64,000 bases of DNA, taken from positions 310,001 to 374,000 of the forward strand of contig NGBS01000871.1 of the NCBI GenBank assembly GCA_002245135.1, written 5' to 3'. The notes under the pieces are model-generated. The model was given only the letters and a program-made list of their open reading frames with translations. It was not told the DNA's origin and searched no databases. Below are positions 62,801 to 64,000 of the stretch, in pieces (the stretch's first letter is position 1; the number at the start of each line of letters is the position of its first letter). A program made the position numbers and the translations under genes. Source of the stretch: Proteromonas lacertae. Taxonomy: Eukaryota.

Positions 62801-64000
62801 TCCTCTTATTCATCTTATAATCGTATTTACAATGCATTAAAACCAAATACAGAATATATAATTAGAGTAAGTTGTAGTAATTCAAGAGGATATGGTAATA
62901 CAACTGTAATAAAACATAGAACATTAAATCAACCAATTCGACCAGATCCTCCTAGTTCAATTGCTTTAGGAATATACAGAGTGAATAATAAAGTGAGTAT
63001 CAATTATAAACCACCATTGATTAGTCATGGATATCCTATTTATATGTATAGAATAGAGTATGATAGAACTCCAACATTTGAAAATGCTGAAATTATGAAT
63101 ATAACTAGAATACAAGAGATTCAGGAGATTAAAATAACTGAATTGAAACATCCATTTAGTGGAAACTTTACATTGAAATTCTTAGGTGTAGAAAGTGATC
63201 CAATATCAATATTTGCTAGTGAAGATGATGTTAGAATTCAAATTGAAAATATCACTCAAACCTCTAACAAACCTGGTACTCCAATAATGGTGAGATATAT
63301 TGATGGTTATAATACAAAGAGATGGATGATTACATTTTCATGGTTTAAAGGAACAATTCCTAAGTTAGAAATTGATGATAAAAATATTGAAAATGGATAT
63401 GGAGTAATCAATAGAATAAGAAGAGGAAGAAATGATATAATTCCATTAGATTATACAGATGAAACTCAAATATTGAATTTGAATGGTTATACAGGAAAAT
63501 TCTTATTATCATTTGAAGGATATAATACAAACGAATTAGATACTAGTAATTTGAATAAAACAACATTGAAAGATGAATTAGAAAAATTACCAACAATTGA
63601 TTTAGTTACAATAGAAAGTAACAGTAATGATAATGAATATATAATTACATTCCATTATTTAGGACATGAATTAATAATGGGAACAGGATCAATACAATTA
63701 TTAATACCAAAATCAAGTTCAACGTTTGAAGTTATTGAAGAAATTAAAATACAGAAATATATAACTGGAACATTACCATTAGAATTATATACCAAAGAAT
63801 TAGATATAAATGAAAATTACTATTTCAGATTTGCATCTTATAATTATAGGAGTGGTTGGAGTTATTATTCTGACTATTATATGTTAAATGCAATAGAAAA
63901 ACCACCATTACCATTGAATGTATCAGTTTCAAGACTGAATATAAGTGAAATAGAATTGAAGATAGAATTAGAACCAAATTCATTGGTAGTGGATAATAAA
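44864..64000 (+). CDS. Giant secreted/surface protein (at least 6,379 aa, 3' partial) with filamin-like Ig, PA14 and many fibronectin type III domains plus a recurrent EIQ module
   Basis: ATG at 44864 with signal-peptide-like MRKILIILLLLYLYSARA. The same frame is coding at spot checks and at the window end (IELEPNSLVVDNK). PA14 at ~47730-48200 (GGLNGYYY..IIWRGYI..VNDGIKLIVDG). FN3 motifs such as DGGSYITKYRIEWD and YYVRMMSYNIYG. Confidence 0.9.
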   Translation, partial: MRKILIILLLLYLYSARANDSSFSVLYEGGEIVANSNAIFTINRTSNAQFIGDESSSFNISIIHQRDSSDDLEKYISTESLESTIKALDYFQLCSKCGSINRGESSIYLTKNLKKRITVGDTLLLNGLKFVVKEVIAESNYISVDTYNGDKISDMDLYLIGVDTGNYEVNFIPIISGNYEVSVYTNPIDEIQDIVIKSTSYFDGEVRLKYGRAYTGFVNINNIKQLEDDFNGISSFDYDVKIKISEISSSETKKYWRIEIYNSKYENPKIEIDTSSLIGGRFSYETTIIRQAKPKQHVDNSPFIVTVIPGVSDALHSEVFGSGLFSCYANETVNVYVESRDIFNNNRLDSQEREEYHLFIIPQFNPISNDNNRVINDITIDYVKNGIYKSDIVLKEAGTYSLVVVEHVVPEIQSIKLQFMDLKKASGYYYLIYDEFKTNEIPFNSTCDIIEKELLLSPSILNLHCIMTHLQDGFKYDIYFDRVLGLIPLLRFEQYLVGYKIRPIYINRVNSIQYKIVGTLNGYENEFQVITLKLMDLSYAENTTFTLKFAGETTKELLWNCTENDIYNSLKELETIGNITVSMYEQAEQTKRFKISFIGYDERYIMQDGRSLGNVPEIQVTTNSLLCVPYIQSYDGKSPYKLIVHPRKISPENCFVGNLSMSDIKRAKQGTPITFNINLRDEFNNRVFTQPKNEIQTIFVSDEMQDISICLQYKNYTTKFLDRNSTELSITSRMIKEALEGLDVIGEVNVTSDRCVEDYTCFHITFTTEIGDLPAIAIYPSGFPINVSNCDKNSVQKITTVSDSIIGGEFQIIYGNYITEQLPVDIEAKDLENILKTIPLITSLRVERNTINYAYGTYTWTIYLDEVIDERLSFEVDNRYLTGEKSDIIVDSDCPDYTQAGQLSEEFIITIKDNENNQVISYPEYEYILPGLIQVNYITPYTSINSDYMLNIYHIKRGGLNGYYYNTMYFMDLDEIKVDNVIDLHWNINDYITNPSKEAISIIWRGYIQAIYNEIYSFYVTVNDGIKLIVDGQVLFDHLSERIDIENGVKKESVIFNGTMPYSFLSNRLYSIEIWFIEYKNVGDIHLYWESKSQIKEIIPTTRLFNTPIEIKGSNITIKSIGSKPNPPFDPAILYINKTSLNYTFKQPINDNNNSNNNDIDYYEIEWFEYDGESEMETLKVNGKSGTFQLQYGEFLTDPIKCNDINITELRENILMNIPDIKNIHIVQKSDHIYELYFINNYYIEPKNSFKPIKNYEFNGGGEVLICSDNNEITLDSISCSKTDSRKGSYPYNYYITRINKNESSLIINDIQLGHNITVISYSHNSLGYSLPSESVTIIPKFTPDRITEAFVKTTSNPTELHLYFNHITNQNGGTLISYIIQWSNTPFTDNNNINSHKYNTYRSTEYDLSSHLLLHYSEYIITNLKLLNKYYIRICGENEVGISEWYEIEVPPSYLGMKPQPIEYGNVSIHINPPNSFVNIHDTIRSITVHWSVPPPLFVPTSYIDEYIIEYWHSNTYYKPEIQMITVTSNSTYNNIINSIFGSFTLTYGNNNYTTDYLPLNISALELQRTIERIPDIPSCTVQRIGISNGYNWLVTFNSNIGLPYDIFTVKVYEFDVKLYGSCYRYQVGTKYNNYNYINIKSSDKIQYKYSLNNLEYLTNGYTFRVSSRNQFGISLPQISDPDSIKIPKTVPEPPSLISIYSLTNSKMLIKWYASKCDGGSYITKYRIEWDTTPLFTSKNYDKVEIDVLPYECSKRSCNYQVERLLSGNYYYVRMMSYNIYGYSSPAKSTPESILMYYYPSEPKNVTARIIGTDSILVSFDAADNNGKEISEYKVEWDVGSYEGKEYGLNKFYYSEYDVLVITFNCYVTCNYNYDIYVNYLNHDSEPISMLSSEDEILNKFNNLLTIGDIQVNKEYNSNDNKSFSWIISFINQSPINIDQIYLKREMKDVEIMKANNVKYEYNTDITIKFEHPVIAYNGYPQQLLRLHSNTIKTDLIGRYSIDFNGKVIDNIPVDVTPSQLENILYELIGKNRVIKSTTFYAYEYKIIFLSYQGSIPLLRLNLKKLNNYSHLTAVTSIQQGIYPTSLTNGYKYIIIPANKNGSIHYECTIEGLNPNISYIINVLGYNGYNNDYGKPQNTVPILLKTYNYPIITNVQLTANTIDSMIVTWNLNYNNYPLIDEYEIAWDRNAGRSEQQLLEIKNAESGYIILSFNGKITGQIDKDISSEILKNSLEVIEDIGKVVVTKSSTVNGNQWLIEFETNVGPQPLLVIESNRLVGNNYNQPTATIKRIIEGTRPMFNENSTVDATLPLGFVNIKIPQEIQCITVMSDIDDVYGNFKVVFNGYVSEEIDYETNDEEMEKILSNIPTVGNVSVKVEITNYNYSYPPFRQYTKKWFITFNEIKGNVPSLFVLLNENEIPSLSGTGGTLKGSHPIVFVEEIVKGGKLDSYLITDLDYKSNRMYYSYVAIKKLDNNIQLDSQEYSRKGLKLFNHIPYPPSNVSVVSMNNDEITVSWKPSIENGGSKITHYLIDYYVADQPETTTIYTPIPIDYNYDIESDENGYYYYTFLTELDNIIVRIKAVNEIGESEPAYAEPFLKLKADIIKVNVTINSNTFTVGYDNKEVIIRIDDSRDLAEKEIKKLEPSLSLLKYNDPIYKDYMIYIISSLYSLKSLIKSSNSQFKYLQYGKSKDSKVISSCKLNCLNPSPSQFSIDSVSGTEVGLTFNSSLLLNVDLYYVEWSYFSTFRETFNSISYSKYIEINNNNEDDNEIQHLVLDGLITGMKYYIRLRPYSQIYGFGFPVSTNYSVMPMDQKPYKVSSFTSSLRLDNDRVIDIHFIEQKYDQKGYKTNDGGSSILYYDIEWSSDSEFNSLSGKYAFPVMMDNLNCIVGCDFTLGTEVRSIFFDVEYPYSIVGGEFTLSYKNDFKTFDYDANPLELRDYLASKFPCNNGEIKVRHISQIPLHRSEYHLLIDGENCQIPIDEIKIDVSKLETDDKTAVIRSGTSTMVKPNNILPETSYYIRIRPVNEIGNGEWSVLEDIITCIPKEPIQAEFYPVIDDKTSLDLFWLPNKETTGCINGFTVIYNIKGDLSSTKLINITSDDYVSSTGNYLYYQIHNLTPGAEYNIIMKSYNDYIYSKDHCVAEPKCQNTLERCEVLPIPRQLPLPPDELIIGGYKTDNLFNSYYSIVTFTYKDEFESGVSPEYFLMEYDYSNTFDSYFGYSLSEIVNNYESPIVYYHKNTTMYSFNITQLITGNYLYVRVSTWNNLGQSLYYTMEYSFIVEKPDPPSLVSVYLTRSGFTKKERSSTIKAVVYPPRYNGGSNITLLSLEWSNIPFDNYNDVNLTIDYSDYNCTGGYYRIVIDNEETARIPVNGNIYGIKDAIEHLDNVNTIEISKENDIVNILFKDQVIPYKSIDIDTSNLYPISCRDSIDINYNNETEFNISNYCPTTVDNGIRGDRKLYKNPIGQTIDDGVIFLITNLKSDEIIYVRGYVENILGKSTYTNSQPISIKPRYQTPDIVCSPHSNETLNYCGTPLSYVYDNTTIYLEWNKPLFDGGKKIDNYYIEYTTDSSFKNKKLIEERIVNSNIFKTKLENLKTGELYYIRIYAKNQIGNGDYSYFNPISLTPASKPLAPTITNAIVNSATEVNISFVAGYDNGDEIIGYKIESFSDLIEPSYIPEILDVHCITCSLESNIKYEVTDEEIRTNFDIIPNGYYTISIGDFTIPINDSFVNTFNTSTAELNGDYLHLLHISDMVQIVSRKSISETVRIATIYYSLEEDITYLTFTKPLIRLYVNATIYLRPTTYPLYQLTDVKEIEKAILQLPSIGIVEVKKHGNHFNIKMLTDYGDKIYNKLYMNYHYLQHEDGRPVKYETTIQRGIRPNYYGVQYINTTELNITDYIVEQLIPEINYTIVVTALSKNYGYGYVSDPIYIQTFDYPSPPDYALLLVHTNTTLELVYDQIVNYEGSSKLEYFRFQYSTNSLFNSEDNTTKTVDLNITHEYQKINIISSSIVDSGYFALSYGDYSGNYDIDHPICNNCINATEDDEYFISNEVLYINETVMIGNKEYRICDNDEDNNNKYYICSVEVLMENVTFENDVKDMYLLRKDTMIGGGKIEKAGDDSYYYIEITPVDNNKEIIIDEYDLIKIGDSNSENEYRLLSTNTNNRWILSNDDSPTFSPITTINEEILKNKKNKLLPIYRQQKTGHLLPSITAYELKIELEKLQRIGTVDVERIDGNGNSYLITFTQSNYLISPLRSNSYNLHNLKNEKIYIEIYSIKHYIIEELTPDVEYYGRLAACNKYGCSREYTLTTPEKEATINSKPLTPYLSISKVLSDEYFRIEWSKPLFNGGLPIEYYSLTCSLDNTYKSYSKTYRINVNEMNEVKHIDRITLSGNTSNSKIEGSFFISYHYSYTNALQWNITSYKLKLELEALPTISKVEVTRYKLVNGYSWDITYLSMRYNGDLTGNLTVNSLGLKNADVVSLLMDNNNNNNDYYEPPMKGTLDYYFDVKDNYYDPTTLLHTYYCRLNVFNEKYISSSVEFEINLKCIEPYYSSIEYYNVLEDDESTLEIHLNKPKYVSSSCNNISRIEYDMDILPSFNSKCKLLNIDEDGDDNSIIIDENDENNEYDCLPSSLHSLFDNINVNSTLPTTITISPVILGKPYYFRIRSYVENDSGNEMKSLYYIYYRIIPKSTPSLPEIIKLYPHTNTSLLLSYTNNKRESSYGNNGNNLQKLTVEYGKLEISKYHLRYEDDLSGIFFSYNSLETKCINNKITVSEIIYELTFIPQIIDLNITEIKTTHIGGGVTELLIEFKDIYNIFDNKLSVYRCNIPEDDVSTNYILDMFTLNEGYPGFIPSIFRLKTTINNKPRLLSLIEDDEVLVSKKNIKYDKKERKLAYYNSNDKGYSIGMSVATTYSKTSYCVVNATINTNYFIINGKDVHLTKGEDIKIVNDNGMEYEFIIINIIENDSGIKKYYVNNYFIEDIDGELYRYDEVYTVQVGDDNTLEFIDKGSLEKDDIVYINDIKCIIEEAGDNNITFSLVDVNTKRMLINNDDDEIPKGIYLLRKFVFSDFIPYNVTALEMKTILEELPGVGTVDVYRFGPTVNDEYEYYIALTSHLGLFNCSDEKDYTTYNCFRIRNNDQNSNYKIDSALIRQGTVEYNNFKFEKLENNYVNYLNKSIIISSQDPSLDGYVVLTVSEVDIKLDPFMNAEELQVLFEQIPSNGRVYVIQNIDINNNETFTKYSRNLQNEEFSYKSEWIIVYTSSTNDIPPITIKENHLTDMNATIEIIDNATKISGINRFIIPNLITDEYYFAKVSLYDNNSLLMSSTIEVQSEGLGVLPFQEQVSDKIPSPVIVNIEDISESEISVKYQLKDENIEKCLVEWYLNVTNYCIYELSITSESPNISGIFTFYVETSKPHNYPFVTPYEETYPLSVQSSEFEIAQALNILYPLGGIEVKKEVLDNGVKYLITFTQQGMEDGKLPVIKLNDHLTDRDMISTVEVNFTQISNNANYIDYESQTSIISKDRCNSYIDNIYQGNCIENYEIQSILLEFTENNIKSRQGSFYLYYNNKRSKPVPYNATSNELMNVLENSYPEIMKNITVTKYTMNVTKHPEFYESVWDITFPSNVQNIEELQVDYKHILGHSPTIHIIHPYSIIITSDEDNSEYIKGNFIISYNGEDSRSIVYNNNDLDNETEIQSFKEDIEDAVHQIKSIRRCVVSILPVLKPISGIITVKTGEDKIYLSEYWNIYNFNKNLIRIEVGDYIWIADDRYEIKNITNNEVEIYPSFIKESGEYTVFKQVKGKKILIHLRSVVGYENLQTFNIKPDPVTPLKGYGIKLQLITPFSIPKYEYHIGNNLNTYVLTLETKGVKENSELYYKIDVDDIYNNNNPSICIKYDWKDEIIKNRFHEKGYKVNIKSYTFGNDYCEHVINLYGRYETPLPVFIFSGYYKDSDCNTVIESNKNDGEETYYKGEISHEVTSSSYSSYNRIYNALKPNTEYIIRVSCSNSRGYGNTTVIKHRTLNQPIRPDPPSSIALGIYRVNNKVSINYKPPLISHGYPIYMYRIEYDRTPTFENAEIMNITRIQEIQEIKITELKHPFSGNFTLKFLGVESDPISIFASEDDVRIQIENITQTSNKPGTPIMVRYIDGYNTKRWMITFSWFKGTIPKLEIDDKNIENGYGVINRIRRGRNDIIPLDYTDETQILNLNGYTGKFLLSFEGYNTNELDTSNLNKTTLKDELEKLPTIDLVTIESNSNDNEYIITFHYLGHELIMGTGSIQLLIPKSSSTFEVIEEIKIQKYITGTLPLELYTKELDINENYYFRFASYNYRSGWSYYSDYYMLNAIEKPPLPLNVSVSRLNISEIELKIELEPNSLVVDNK

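Noticed and set aside
33473..63151. Many short ORFs antisense or out of frame to the acidic protein, U2AF1, MFS and giant genes
   Set aside because: Shadow ORFs of biased coding sequence.

Overview
Very AT-rich, gene-dense eukaryotic DNA with many tiny (about 25-40 nt) GT-AG introns. This fits a Blastocystis-like or related anaerobic stramenopile (inference only). The window has three parts. (1) 1-14.4 kb holds host genes: aldo-keto reductase, class 3 lipase, a large membrane-anchored metzincin protease with an internal 384-aa duplication, an RluB/RsuA-like pseudouridine synthase, an ankyrin-pseudokinase and an LRR gene. (2) About 14.4-31.2 kb is a mobile-DNA island between two direct copies of the LRR gene. 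It has a pogo transposase broken by a MITE-like foldback. It also has an ~11.2-kb segment (19918-31100) bounded by inverted hAT-like ends. That segment carries a hAT transposase, a probable ~1,400-aa polyprotein ending in an adenain-like cysteine protease, a Polinton/Maverick-like rve integrase, orphan ORFs and two tandem Pol III-like hairpin ncRNA candidates. No pPolB, packaging ATPase or capsid gene is recognisable in it. This segment is the best candidate for an undescribed system. (3) 33.4-64 kb holds host genes (acidic protein, small secreted protein, POLD2, two MGMT paralogues, a bacterial-like MFS transporter, U2AF1). It ends in an apparently intronless giant ORF from 44864 past the window end (at least 6,379 codons; filamin-like, PA14 and FN3 domains) that the ORF track misses. 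Several single-base frameshifts sit in short homopolymers and may be assembly errors. No database searches were run; family calls come from motif recognition.
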